A stretch of 64,000 nt of DNA, from positions 120,920-184,919 of the forward strand of contig JARLIY010000171.1 in the NCBI GenBank assembly GCA_031291475.1. The letters run 5' to 3'. The position numbers and the translations under genes are program-made. This DNA is from Xanthobacteraceae bacterium (GTDB taxonomy: Bacteria > Pseudomonadota > Alphaproteobacteria > Rhizobiales > Xanthobacteraceae). The notes beneath the pieces were generated by a model that saw nothing but the letters and a program-made list of their open reading frames with translations, did no database searches and had not been told where the DNA came from. This document shows, piece by piece, positions 46,085-56,111 of the stretch; position 1 is the first letter of the stretch, and each line of letters begins with the position of its first letter.

Positions 46085-47308
46085 TCACGACGCCATGGCC
46101 GGCGCCGCCGCGGCGCCGCGCGTCAACTCTCTCTGCTCGCCGTAGAGCCATTCGACGCCGGCGAGCTGGTCCTCCATCGTGCGCGCGCCGAGCATCATGT
46201 TGCGCAGTTCCTTGGCCACGCCGCCGGCGTGAAAGACCTCGCCATAGACCCGCGCCATGATCTGCACGCGGCCGGTGCGCAGATAGCGCGCCGCCTGATA
46301 GTCGCGGAAGGCGGCTGCATAATCGCCGCGCCGCGCCACCGCCTTGGCGGCGAGGCAGACTGCGTCCTCGATCGCCATGTTTGCGCCCTGCGCCAGATAT
46401 TGCAGCATCGGATGCGCGGCGTCGCCGAGCAGCGTGATGCGGCCGCGGCTCCATTCCTTGATCGGCGGCCGGTCGCACAGCACCCACATACGCCAGCTCT
46501 CGATCTTGTTGAGCAAGGTGCGCACCGGGGCGCAGGTTTTGGCAAAGCGCTCGTGCAACTCGGCCGGGTCGCCGTAGCTGTCCCAGCCTTCTTCGTAACG
46601 GTCGGAGTGGAACACGGCGACGAGGTTGAACAATTCGCCGGTGCGCAGCGGATAATGCACCAGATGCACCTTCTCGCCGGCCCAGACCACCATGTCGCGC
46701 CAGCGGAATTTCTCCGGCATCTCCGAGGTCGGCAGCACGGCGCGATAGGTGATGTGGCCGGCGGGCTTGGGCTTGCCGTCGCCGACCACGATCTGCCGGA
46801 TGCTCGACCACAGCCCGTCGGCGCCGATCAGCGCCGCGCCGCGATAGGTCTTGCCGCTTTCGGTCCTGACCGTGACGCCGTCGGCGGTCTCCTCGACCGA
46901 GGTGACTTTCTGCGCGGCGTCGAGGCGGATGCGCTCGGATTTGCGGCAGGCTTCCAGCAGCACCTTGTGCAGATCGGCGCGATGGATCAGTGCGTAGGGG
47001 TGCTTGAACTTCTTGCGGAAGGCGTCGCCGAGCGGCATGCGGGTGACTTCCTCGCCCGTGATCGAGTCCATCATGATCATGTTGTCGGGAAAGACCGCGA
47101 GCGCCGAGATCGGCGCGGTGAGGCCTAGCGTCTCGAACATCCAGAAGACGTTCGGTCCGAGCTGGATGCCGGCGCCGATTTCCTTGAACTCCGCCGCCTG
47201 CTCGATCACCTGCGCGGCAATTCCCGAGCGCGCCAAAGCCAGCGCCGCCGCCAGCCCGCCGATGCCGCCGCCGACAATCAGAACGTCGCGATCTTTCCAG
47301 TCGCCCAT
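46085..47308 (-). CDS. FAD-dependent aromatic monooxygenase (3-hydroxybenzoate 6-hydroxylase / salicylate hydroxylase-like)
   Basis: DVLIVGGGIGGLAAALALARSG...GAGIQLGPN and LLGDAAHPMLQYLAQGANMAIEDA. Start at ATG 47308 follows GGGAGGA. The track extension reads through a REP. Confidence 0.85.
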   Translation of the reverse strand: MGDWKDRDVLIVGGGIGGLAAALALARSGIAAQVIEQAAEFKEIGAGIQLGPNVFWMFETLGLTAPISALAVFPDNMIMMDSITGEEVTRMPLGDAFRKKFKHPYALIHRADLHKVLLEACRKSERIRLDAAQKVTSVEETADGVTVRTESGKTYRGAALIGADGLWSSIRQIVVGDGKPKPAGHITYRAVLPTSEMPEKFRWRDMVVWAGEKVHLVHYPLRTGELFNLVAVFHSDRYEEGWDSYGDPAELHERFAKTCAPVRTLLNKIESWRMWVLCDRPPIKEWSRGRITLLGDAAHPMLQYLAQGANMAIEDAVCLAAKAVARRGDYAAAFRDYQAARYLRTGRVQIMARVYGEVFHAGGVAKELRNMMLGARTMEDQLAGVEWLYGEQRELTRGAAAAPAMAS

Positions 47309-47344
47309 GCGTTCGTTTCCTCCCGCGGCGCATTGTAGGGGAAC

Positions 47345-47445
47345 TTCCGCCCCCGCGAAGCGGGGGAGGGGGACCATGCGCAGCATGGTGGAGGGGGCGC
47401 CCCCTCCGGCTCGCTTCGCTCGCCACCCCCCCGCACGCGGGGGAG
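47345..47445. repeat. Family-C stacked GC hairpin element
   Basis: cccccgc-gaa-gcggggg, accatgc-gca-gcatggt, an 18-nt perfect palindrome ggagggggcgccccctcc, and a terminal cccccgc..gcggggg. It fills the coxL-like/monooxygenase gap. Confidence 0.75.
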
Positions 47446-47448
47446 GGA

Positions 47449-49845
47449 TCACACTTTCCCCAGCGCGCGCAGTACGCGCTCCGGCGTGAACGGCATCTCG
47501 ACCAAAGACGCAGCGCCGAGCGGGTGCAACGCGTCGTTGAGCGCGTTCATCACGCAGGCTGGCGCGCCGGCGGTGCCGGCTTCGCCGGCGCCCTTGGCGC
47601 CGAGCTCGGAATCGGCCGTCGGCGTCACCACGTGGCCGATATCGATGTCCGGCATTTCGCCCGCCATCGGCACCAGATAGTCCATCAGATTGCCGTTGAG
47701 CATTTGCCCGCTCTCGTCATAGAGGCAATGCTCGTAAAGCGCGCCGCCGATCCCCTGCACGATGCCGCCGCGGATCTGTTCGTCGACGAGTTGCGGGTTG
47801 ATCACCGTGCCGCAGTCTTCGACGCACCAGTGCCTCAGGAGCTTCACCTCGCCGGTCCTGGTGTCGACTTCGAGATAGGACGCCTGCACGCCGTTGGTGA
47901 AGGCGAACGGCCAGGCGCGCGGCACGTAATGGCGCGTCACGATGAATTCGGCCTGGAAGCCGGGCGGCAAAGTGTCGGGCCGGAAGTAAACGACGCGCGC
48001 CACTTCTTCCAGCGTGACCCGCTCGCGCCCGGTGTCGGCGTCGACCACGATGCTGCCGCGGATATCGAGCGTCTTCGGGTCGGCTTGTAGCATGGAGGCG
48101 GCGGCGGCGAGCACGTTGGCGCGCAGCGCCTTGCCCGCCTGCCAGGCGGCTTCGCCGCCGATGCCGGCGGCGCGCGAGGCCCAAGTGCCGCCGCCATAAG
48201 GGGTATTGTCGGTGTCGCCGGTGATCACCCGCACGCGCTCGATAGGCACGCCGAACGCGGTCGCCACGCATTGCGCCACGACCGACTCGGCGCCCTGGCC
48301 CTGCTCGGTGACGCCGGTATGCACGAACACCGCGCCGGTTGAGTCGAGGCGGAGCGTGGCGCCGTCCTGCGAGGAGATTTTCGCGCCGCCGACGCCGTAG
48401 AACGCCGCCGACGGATTGGTCACTTCGATGAACGAGGCGAAACCGATGCCGCGATGGATGCCGCGGGCGCGCAATTCCGCCTGCTCGGCGCGCAGCTTTG
48501 CGTAATCCATCATCGCCAGAATCTTGTCGAGCGAGGCGTGGTGCGAAAGCTTCTCGAATTTGATGCCCGACGCGCCGGCTGTGGGATAGGCGTCGTCGGC
48601 GATGAGATTGCGCCTTCGCAGCTCCGCCGGGTCCATGCCGATCTTCGCCGCCGCCAGATCGACCAGCCCCTCGGTCACGGCGGTGGCGATCGGATGGCCG
48701 ACCGCGCGGTACTGGCACATGACGTTTTTGTTCTGAAAGACGACGCGGGCGCGGGCGCGGTAATTTGGGCAGGTGTACGGCCCGCCGACCAGGTTGACCA
48801 CCTGGTTGGCCTCGATACCGCTGGTGCGCGGATAGACCGAATACGGGCCGATGCCGGTGAGGTCGTCGATCTCGAAGGCGGTGATGGTGCCGTCGTTTTT
48901 GACGCCGATCCGCGCCTTGACCCGGTGGTCGCGCGCGTGGATATCGGTGACGAAGCTCTCGAAGCGGTCGGCGACGAACTTGACCGGCCGCTTGAGCAGT
49001 TTCGCCAGCGCTACCGTCGCCATCTCGTCGGCATAGGTATGCACCTTGATGCCGAAAGAACCGCCGACGTCCTTGGTGATGATGCGCACCTGATGCTCTT
49101 CCAGGCCGAGATGCTTGGCAAACAGGTTCTGCATCATGTGCGGCGCCTGCGTGCCCTGATAGGCGGTTAGCCGCTGTTCACCCGGATTCCAGTCGGCGAC
49201 GATGGCGCGCGGCTCGTTGGTGACGCCGGTGTGGCGGCCGAACACAAAGGTGGTTTCGGCGACCGCGTCGGCTTGCGCGAAGCCTTTGTCCGGATCGCCG
49301 GCGGTGAGCGCGCGCTCGAAGGTGAGATTGTCGCCGAGCTCGGGATGGATCACCGGCGTCGTCTTGTCGAGCGCGGTTTCCGCGTCAGTGACGGCGGGCA
49401 GCGTTTCATAATCGACGGCGACGAGGGCGCAGGCGTCCTCGGCCTCGGCGCGGCTGCGGGCGACCACGGCGACGACTGCTTCGCCCTGCCAGCAAGCGCG
49501 ATCGACGGCGATGGCATGCTGCGGCGCCGATTTGATGCCCTTCAAATGCGTGAGCACGCCGACCCAGGGCGTGATCACCTTGGCAAGCTCGGCGCCGGTG
49601 ACCACGGCGACGACACCCGGCGCCTTCTTCGCCGACGCGGCGTCGATCTTCTTGATGCGCGCATGCGCATGCGGCGAGCGCACGAAGGCGACGTGCGTCA
49701 TGCGCGGCAGGGTGACGTCGCTGACATATTGGCCGCGTCCCTGCGTCAGCCGCGCCAGATTGGGCCGCGGCACCGAGCGGCCGATATAGGAGTTCGGCCG
49801 GTCGAGCGCGGAGAGCCCGGAAGGCTGGTCGTCGGCGATTTTCAT
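47449..49845 (-). CDS. Molybdopterin-binding large subunit of an XDH/CoxL-family hydroxylase (third paralogue, motif QYRAVGH)
   Basis: SYIGRSVPRPNLARLTQGRGQYVSDV N-terminus; 799 aa. Start at ATG 49845 follows GGGAG. Lies downstream of a 2Fe-2S subunit gene. Confidence 0.85.
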   Translation of the reverse strand: MKIADDQPSGLSALDRPNSYIGRSVPRPNLARLTQGRGQYVSDVTLPRMTHVAFVRSPHAHARIKKIDAASAKKAPGVVAVVTGAELAKVITPWVGVLTHLKGIKSAPQHAIAVDRACWQGEAVVAVVARSRAEAEDACALVAVDYETLPAVTDAETALDKTTPVIHPELGDNLTFERALTAGDPDKGFAQADAVAETTFVFGRHTGVTNEPRAIVADWNPGEQRLTAYQGTQAPHMMQNLFAKHLGLEEHQVRIITKDVGGSFGIKVHTYADEMATVALAKLLKRPVKFVADRFESFVTDIHARDHRVKARIGVKNDGTITAFEIDDLTGIGPYSVYPRTSGIEANQVVNLVGGPYTCPNYRARARVVFQNKNVMCQYRAVGHPIATAVTEGLVDLAAAKIGMDPAELRRRNLIADDAYPTAGASGIKFEKLSHHASLDKILAMMDYAKLRAEQAELRARGIHRGIGFASFIEVTNPSAAFYGVGGAKISSQDGATLRLDSTGAVFVHTGVTEQGQGAESVVAQCVATAFGVPIERVRVITGDTDNTPYGGGTWASRAAGIGGEAAWQAGKALRANVLAAAASMLQADPKTLDIRGSIVVDADTGRERVTLEEVARVVYFRPDTLPPGFQAEFIVTRHYVPRAWPFAFTNGVQASYLEVDTRTGEVKLLRHWCVEDCGTVINPQLVDEQIRGGIVQGIGGALYEHCLYDESGQMLNGNLMDYLVPMAGEMPDIDIGHVVTPTADSELGAKGAGEAGTAGAPACVMNALNDALHPLGAASLVEMPFTPERVLRALGKV

Positions 49846-49857
49846 GACGCTCCCATT

Positions 49858-49961
49858 GTCATTTCCGGGGCCGAGCAAAGCGAGGAGCCCGGAATCCATA
49901 TTCGCTGACCTGTGGTTATGGATTCCGGGCTCGCGGGCAAGAGCCCGCGCCCCGGAATGAC
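49858..49961. repeat. Complete family-A REP/MITE-like element between the small- and large-subunit genes
   Basis: gtcatttccgggg...cccggaatccat - spacer - atggattccggg...ccccggaatgac. It occupies 104 of the 118 intercistronic nt. Confidence 0.85.
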
Positions 49962-49963
49962 GA

Positions 49964-50452
49964 TCAAAGTTTTCCTCCCGCACGCGCCTGCGCCACCGAC
50001 TCGATGGCATCGACGATCGCCTGATAGCCGGTGCAGCGGCAGTAATTGCCCGACAGATGCTCGCGGATGGCGTCGCGGCTGGGCACGCCGCCACGCGCCA
50101 ACAGGTCCTGTGCGCCGATGAGCATGCCGGGCGTGCAATAGCCGCATTGCAGCGCATTTCTTTGCTGGAATGCGAGCTGGAGATCGGCGATGGCGCCGGA
50201 ATCCGACACCCCTTCGATGGTCTCCACCGCGGCGCCGTCGCACTGCACCGCGAGCACCAGGCAGCCGCGCAGCACCGCGCCGTCGAGCCGCACCGTGCAG
50301 GCGCCGCAGACGCCGTGCTCGCAGCCGATATGGGTGCCGGTAAGCGCCAGATCCTCGCGCAGGAAATCGACCAGGGTCTTGCGCGCTTCGACGCGGGCGG
50401 AAATATCCTCGCCGTTGACCCGGATATTGATGTCGAGGATGCGCGCGCTCAT
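49964..50452 (-). CDS. [2Fe-2S]-binding small subunit of an XDH/CoxS-type hydroxylase
   Basis: GCEHGVCGACTV and CGYCTPGM cluster motifs; 162 aa; start at ATG 50452. Confidence 0.9.
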   Translation of the reverse strand: MSARILDINIRVNGEDISARVEARKTLVDFLREDLALTGTHIGCEHGVCGACTVRLDGAVLRGCLVLAVQCDGAAVETIEGVSDSGAIADLQLAFQQRNALQCGYCTPGMLIGAQDLLARGGVPSRDAIREHLSGNYCRCTGYQAIVDAIESVAQARAGGKL

Positions 50453-50582
50453 CGGATCCCGGCGGCCGCTGATTATAGGCATTGATAGCATCGCCCATTC
50501 GGGCAAGCTATCACTATGGTATTTCCGAACAGCCACCCAGGACGGGCTGCCGCAACAAGAGGAAACGACCGTGCCGGACCGT

Positions 50583-51377
50583 ATGAACGAAATCATCGAA
50601 GAACTCGCAATCGCCAACCGTATTCTCGGCCATGAAGGCGTGATCGACGCCTTCGGCCATGTCAGCATTCGAGACCCGAACGATTCCGCGCGTTATCTGC
50701 TGTCACGCTCGCGCTCGCCGCTTTTCGTCGAACCGGACGATATCCTTGAATACTCGCTCGATTCCGAGCCGGTGACGCCGCCGGACGTTCAGCAATATTC
50801 CGAGCGGGTCATTCATGGCGAAATCTACAAGGCGCGCAGCGACGTCATGGCGGTTTGCCATCATCACGCCCCGGCGGTGATGCCGTTCGCCATCGCCGGT
50901 AAGCCGATCTTCCCGGTGTTCCATGTCGGCGGCGCTATCGGCGCAGAGGTTCCATTCTGGGATCAGTACGACGAGTTCGGCGAGACCAATCTGCTGGTGG
51001 TTAAGCCCGAGGAAGGCCGCTCGCTCGCCCGCACGCTCGGCGGCCATTCGGTCGTGCTGATGAAACGCCACGGCGCGACCGTGGTCGGCGCGACCTTGCG
51101 CGAGCTTGTCTCGCGCTCGATCTATCTGTGCTGGAACGCCGAACACCAATTGCGCGCGTCGCTCATCGGCACGCCGCAGCCTTTGCATCCCGGCGAAGTC
51201 AAGCTCGCCGGCGCGATCAACGTAAAGACCACGGCGGCAACGCGGACGTGGGAATATTGGAGTCTGCGGCTCAAAGCCGCCGGCTTCTGGCCGCCGCGTC
51301 AGTCGAAGGCAAAGCCTGCACGACGCGCAATGCCTCGCGCCAAATCGCGCGCGGCCGGCAAGAAGAAGCGCCGGTGA
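50583..51377 (+). CDS. Class II aldolase/adducin-family protein
   Basis: LAIANRILGHEGVIDAFGHVSIRD...HHHAPAVMPF...VLMKRHGATVVG. Lys/Arg-rich tail. Start at ATG 50583. Confidence 0.8.
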   Translation: MNEIIEELAIANRILGHEGVIDAFGHVSIRDPNDSARYLLSRSRSPLFVEPDDILEYSLDSEPVTPPDVQQYSERVIHGEIYKARSDVMAVCHHHAPAVMPFAIAGKPIFPVFHVGGAIGAEVPFWDQYDEFGETNLLVVKPEEGRSLARTLGGHSVVLMKRHGATVVGATLRELVSRSIYLCWNAEHQLRASLIGTPQPLHPGEVKLAGAINVKTTAATRTWEYWSLRLKAAGFWPPRQSKAKPARRAMPRAKSRAAGKKKRR

Positions 51378-52783
51378 AGTTTTCGCGCCGCCGCGTGCTG
51401 CCGCTGCTCGCAGGCTTGCTCGGCCTGAAGCGGGCGGCGCACACTTCCGCGATGGCAGAAGACAACAATGCCTTTCCCGCCGATTTTGTCTGGGGCGCGT
51501 CGACCTCGGCCTATCAGATCGAAGGCGCGGTCGATGCGGACGGGCGCGGCCAGAGCATCTGGGATGTTTTTTCCCATACGCCGGGGCGGGTGAAGGGCGG
51601 CGACACCGGCGACGTCGCCTGCGACCACTATCACCGCTGGCCCGAGGACGTGAACTTTCTGGCGAGCGGCGGGTTCAACGCCTACCGCTTCTCCACCGCC
51701 TGGCCGCGTATCCTGCCGAACGGCGCCGGCGCGGTGGAGCAGCGCGGCCTCGATTTCTACGACCGCCTGGTCGACGGCCTCGTCGCGCGCGGCGTCGCGC
51801 CGTGGCTCTGTCTCTATCACTGGGATCTGCCGCAGGCGTTGCAGGATCAGGGCGGCTGGACGAACCGCGACATCGCGGCAAAATTCGCCGATTACGCGAG
51901 CATCGTGGCGCGCCGCCTCGGCGACCGCGTCAAGCATTGGGCGATGTTCAACGAGCCGAACGTCCACGCGCTGTTCGGCTACGGTACCGGCGATCACGCG
52001 CCGGGCGTCACCGGCCTCGCCAATCTGCGCGCCGCCATCCATCTCCAGAATCTGGCGCAAGGCCGCGCGCTGCAAGCGTTGCGCGCGGAGCACGGCGATT
52101 TTCGCCTCGGCACCTTGACCAACGTCACCGCGGTGCGGCCGTCCGCGGATACGGATGCCGATCGCCGCGCCGTCGAGCTGTTCGATGCTTATTGGAACGG
52201 CGCCTTCCTCGACCCGCTGTTCAAAGGCTCTTATCCGGCCGCGATCGCCGCCGCGATGGCGCCGCTGGTCGCCGACGGCGATCTGCAGGCGATCCGGCAG
52301 CCGATAGATTTTTTCGGGCTCAATTATTATGCGCCCGCCTGGGTCATGGACGCGCCGCAAAGTCTGTTCGGCGCGTGGTTCGGCGCCGTGCCCGCCGGCA
52401 TGCGCTTTACGGCGATCGGCTGGCCGATCGACGCCGGCGGCCTGACCGAAACGCTGGTTCGTTTGCGCGACGAATACGGCGATCCGGAAATCTATGTCAC
52501 CGAGAACGGCGCCTGCTACGACGATCCGCTCGCGGCGGACGGTATCGTGCACGACGAAGATCGCATCGCCTATCTGCGCGAGCACCTTGCCGCCGCGCGC
52601 GAAGCCCTCGCCAAAGGCGTCAAGCTACGCGGCTATTTCGTCTGGTCGCTGATGGACAACTTCGAATGGGCGGAAGGCTGCAGCCGCCGCTTCGGCGTTA
52701 TACACGTCGATTTCGCCAGCTTAAAGCGCACGCCGAAATCTTCTTTCGCCTTTCTCGCCGAAACGATCAAGCGGCGCAGGTGA
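51374..52783 (+). CDS. GH1 beta-glucosidase with Tat-type signal peptide
   Basis: FVWGASTSAYQIEG, acid/base FNEPN, and nucleophile YVTENGA. N-terminus VKFSRRRVLPLLAGLLG. The GTG start overlaps the aldolase TGA (GTGA). Confidence 0.85.
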   Translation: MKFSRRRVLPLLAGLLGLKRAAHTSAMAEDNNAFPADFVWGASTSAYQIEGAVDADGRGQSIWDVFSHTPGRVKGGDTGDVACDHYHRWPEDVNFLASGGFNAYRFSTAWPRILPNGAGAVEQRGLDFYDRLVDGLVARGVAPWLCLYHWDLPQALQDQGGWTNRDIAAKFADYASIVARRLGDRVKHWAMFNEPNVHALFGYGTGDHAPGVTGLANLRAAIHLQNLAQGRALQALRAEHGDFRLGTLTNVTAVRPSADTDADRRAVELFDAYWNGAFLDPLFKGSYPAAIAAAMAPLVADGDLQAIRQPIDFFGLNYYAPAWVMDAPQSLFGAWFGAVPAGMRFTAIGWPIDAGGLTETLVRLRDEYGDPEIYVTENGACYDDPLAADGIVHDEDRIAYLREHLAAAREALAKGVKLRGYFVWSLMDNFEWAEGCSRRFGVIHVDFASLKRTPKSSFAFLAETIKRRR

Positions 52784-52796
52784 TCTGGCTTCTTAC

Positions 52797-52864
52797 CGCT
52801 CATTCCCGCGCAAGCGGGAATCCAGATCGGGTGCGCTGGGTCCCCGATTTCGCGGGGACGAGCG
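52797..52864. repeat. Family-B REP element
   Basis: ctcattcccgcg-caa-gcgggaat ... gtccccga-tttc-gcggggacgag is the reverse complement of the 43958-44015 copy. Confidence 0.75.
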
Positions 52865-52876
52865 TAAAGTAGATCA

Positions 52877-53782
52877 TCAGTGCCGATCGCGCGTAGCCGC
52901 GCTGATGGCATTGAGCATCGCCGCGCCGTCTTTCTTGAGCGCGCCGCGTACGGAAGCCTGCGTGCCGAGCTCACCCATTTCGCGCTGGCGCTTGACCGTC
53001 GCCTGCGCCATCAGCGGCTCGACGCCGAGTTCGCGCAAGGTGGCGGCGACTTCTTCCATCTCGGCGGCGCGGCGCTCGCCGTGCCGCGCCATGCGTTCGA
53101 GATTGTATGGAACGAGCTTTGACCAATCGAGGCCAGGAAAATTGTTCTTCAGCGAAGCGGCGACCTCCTCGACCACGCCGACGCGCGCGGCCGCGAGAAA
53201 ACACTCAAGCGTCAGCGCCTCGATGCCCTTGACCATGACGCTGCGCACCATCTTGATCGCCGCCGCGGCGCCGACATCGGCGCCGGCGATGCTGATGCGC
53301 ATGCCGAGTGCGCTGAGCGTGGGCGCTGCGGCGCCGGCGTCAGGGCCGGCGAGCAACATCGGCGATTGGTGCCGCGCGGGATGAATGGGCCCGAGCACGG
53401 CGACGTCAATATAGCGGGCGCGGTCGCCGAGCAGCTTCGCCGTCTCCTGTTTCCTCCCCGGCGACACCGAGTTGATGTCGAGGAAGAGCGGTTTGCCGGC
53501 CAGGTGCGGTTGCACTGAACGCGCCGCCTCGAGACTGGACGCGGCAGTGACCGCGGAGACAACGATCTCGGCGCCGAGCACAGCGTCGGCGGCGGAAGAC
53601 GCGCAGCGCACGCCGATTGTCTCGCTGTCGCGCTTGAGCCGCTCGCCTGCGGTTTGCGGAAACAGATTGTCCCAGGCCGCGATGCGTTCGATTCCGGCCT
53701 CGCGCAACCCGGACGCGATGGCCGCCCCCGCCTCGCCGAAGCCAATGAAACAGAATGTCGGGTTTCCATCCGCCATCATCAT
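52877..53782 (-). CDS. NAD(P)-dependent oxidoreductase (6-phosphogluconate dehydrogenase-like NAD-binding domain + DUF1932-like C-terminus)
   Basis: FIGFGEAGAAIASGL Rossmann motif. Confidence 0.65.
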   Translation of the reverse strand: MMMADGNPTFCFIGFGEAGAAIASGLREAGIERIAAWDNLFPQTAGERLKRDSETIGVRCASSAADAVLGAEIVVSAVTAASSLEAARSVQPHLAGKPLFLDINSVSPGRKQETAKLLGDRARYIDVAVLGPIHPARHQSPMLLAGPDAGAAAPTLSALGMRISIAGADVGAAAAIKMVRSVMVKGIEALTLECFLAAARVGVVEEVAASLKNNFPGLDWSKLVPYNLERMARHGERRAAEMEEVAATLRELGVEPLMAQATVKRQREMGELGTQASVRGALKKDGAAMLNAISAATRDRH

Positions 53783-53877
53783 CTCTCAATCGCTCGGGTA
53801 CTCCCTGATGATGGCAGGATCGGTGTATGGTCCGCAACGGCGCCTTGATCACGCCTTAGCCGCCGGGAACGCTTCGC

Positions 53878-55173
53878 ATGAAACCTCTCGCCTGCCGCGA
53901 TCGGCTTGAACAAGCGCTTGCACGCATCGCCGATCCCAAGGGCGAAGGCGCGCGCGCCTGCCTCACCGTCTATGCGGGGGCAGCCCGCGCCGCGGCCGAT
54001 GCCGCCGATGCCCGCGCGGCGCATGGCGTGTCGCTCGGCCCGCTCGACGGCACCATCGTCAGCATCAAGGATTTGTTCGACGTCGCCGGCGAGCCGACCC
54101 GTGCCGGCTCGAAGGTGCTTGCCGAGGAGGCAAAGCCCGCGGATGCGGACGCCGCAATCGTGCGCCGGCTGCGCGCCGGCGGCGCGGTGATCGTCGCCAA
54201 GACCAACATGACCGAGTTCGCATTTTCCGCCATCGGCGCCAATCCGCATTTCGGCACGCCGGGCAATCCGCACCACCGCGCGCGCATCCCCGGCGGCTCG
54301 TCCTCGGGCGCGGCGGTTTCCGCCGCCGAGGGCCTATGCGAGATCGCCATCGGCAGCGACACCGGCGGCTCGGTGCGCATTCCGGCGGCGCTCTGCGGCA
54401 TCGTCGGCTTCAAGCCGAGCCGTCGGCGCGTGCCGACGCAAGGCGCGTTTCCATTAAGCTTCACGCTCGACTCGATCGGGCCGTTGGCCCGCAGCGTGGC
54501 TGATTGCGCCAAAGCCGACGCAGTGATGGCCGGCGAGGAGTTCGCACCGGTCGAGCCGCTGCGGCTTGCCGGTCTGCGTCTCGGCCTTACCGAGGGCATG
54601 CCGTTCGACGATCTCGACGACGTTGTCGCCGCTTCCTTCGCCGCCGCCGTGGCGGGGCTCGACGACGCCGGAGTGCGTACCACCAGGGAGGAGATATCGC
54701 TGCTCGACGACATGGCTGCGGTCAATGCCAAGGGTGGCATTCCGCCGGCGGAATCGTGCGCCATCCATCGCGACCGCATCGCCCGGCGCGGCGACGACAT
54801 CGACCCGCATGTGCGCTTTCGCATCGAGCGCGGCTGCGCTATCTCTGCTGCGGATTATGTCGAAGCCCTGCGCGCGCGCGAAGGTCTGATCCGCGCCATG
54901 GAGCGGCGGCTCGCCGCGCTCGATGCGCTCATCATGCCGACAACGCCGATCGTCGCGCCGACCATCGCCGAAGTGGCCGATACCGACCGGTTCTTCGCCT
55001 GCCACAATCTGCTGATCCGCAATACCGCGATCGCCAATTTTTTCGACCTCTGCGCCATAACGCTTCCGCTGCGAGCGCCGCTGCCGGTCGGTCTCATGCT
55101 CGTCGGGCGCAACGGCGCGGACCACATGCTGCTGCGCATCGCCGCGGCAGTCGCCGAACATTTAGCGACGTGA
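53878..55173 (+). CDS. Amidase (amidase-signature family)
   Basis: GGSSSGAAVSAAEGLCEIAIGSDTGGSVRIPAALCG signature. Confidence 0.88.
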   Translation: MKPLACRDRLEQALARIADPKGEGARACLTVYAGAARAAADAADARAAHGVSLGPLDGTIVSIKDLFDVAGEPTRAGSKVLAEEAKPADADAAIVRRLRAGGAVIVAKTNMTEFAFSAIGANPHFGTPGNPHHRARIPGGSSSGAAVSAAEGLCEIAIGSDTGGSVRIPAALCGIVGFKPSRRRVPTQGAFPLSFTLDSIGPLARSVADCAKADAVMAGEEFAPVEPLRLAGLRLGLTEGMPFDDLDDVVAASFAAAVAGLDDAGVRTTREEISLLDDMAAVNAKGGIPPAESCAIHRDRIARRGDDIDPHVRFRIERGCAISAADYVEALRAREGLIRAMERRLAALDALIMPTTPIVAPTIAEVADTDRFFACHNLLIRNTAIANFFDLCAITLPLRAPLPVGLMLVGRNGADHMLLRIAAAVAEHLAT

Positions 55174-55238
55174 TCGCTGTTGCTGCAAATCGGGCCGCCC
55201 TCGTGTAGCCTGGCGGAACGGGGGAAGGAAAAACGGCG

Positions 55239-56111
55239 GTGTCGTCAGACGTCTATCTCAACGTCGCCGTCGGCGGAGTTTTGACGGGGCTCGTCTACGG
55301 GCTGATGGCGCTCGGCCTGTCGGTGATCTTCGGCGTGGTGCGCGTGGTCAATTTCGCCCATGGCGAGATGATGACCATCGCCATGTTCATCGCCATCGTG
55401 CTGTGCACCGGCCTTCATCTTGATCCGCTTATTTTGCTCGTTCCGATCGCCGCCGCGATGTTTGCGTTCGGCTATGTACTGCAACGTGGACTGATCAACC
55501 CTTTCATCACCCGGCCGGAGCACACGCAGTTCCTGCTGCTGGTGGCGTTGGCGATCATCATCACCAACGTCCTACTCATTATCTTCGGTCCCGACGCGCG
55601 CTCGGTGCAGACCTCCTATGGTTACGACAGTTTCCAGGCCGGCCCGATCCTGGTCGACGCGACCAAGGTCTATGCCGGGCTGGCGGCGATCGTTTTCGCC
55701 GCCGCGCTGTTTGCGTTTTTCCGCTATACGACGATCGGCACCGCGATCCGCGCCTGCGCCGACAACCACACCGGCGCGCTGGTGGTCGGGCTCGACGTCA
55801 AACGACTCTACGCGCTCACCTTCGGCCTCGGCGCGGCCTGCGTCGGCGCCGCCGGCACGATGATGGTGCTGATCATCGACGCCACCCCGATGCTCGGACC
55901 GAGCTATACGCTGCTCGCCTTCGTCATCGTCATCACCGGCGGGCTCGGCTCGATGCCGGGCGCGCTCCTGGGCGGCGTCTTGATCGGCGTCACCGAAGCG
56001 CTGGCCGGCCTGCTGTTCACGCCGTCGGTCAAAAGCATGTTCGCGTTCGCCATTCTCGTTCTGGTCCTGCTGTTCCGGCCGCAGGGCCTACTCGGCAAGA
56101 GGCTCGCATGA
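55239..56111 (+). CDS. livH: Branched-chain amino acid-type ABC transporter permease (LivH-like)
   Basis: Typical LivH hydrophobic profile and length; GTG start; 4-nt overlap with the next gene. Confidence 0.8.
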   Translation: MSSDVYLNVAVGGVLTGLVYGLMALGLSVIFGVVRVVNFAHGEMMTIAMFIAIVLCTGLHLDPLILLVPIAAAMFAFGYVLQRGLINPFITRPEHTQFLLLVALAIIITNVLLIIFGPDARSVQTSYGYDSFQAGPILVDATKVYAGLAAIVFAAALFAFFRYTTIGTAIRACADNHTGALVVGLDVKRLYALTFGLGAACVGAAGTMMVLIIDATPMLGPSYTLLAFVIVITGGLGSMPGALLGGVLIGVTEALAGLLFTPSVKSMFAFAILVLVLLFRPQGLLGKRLA

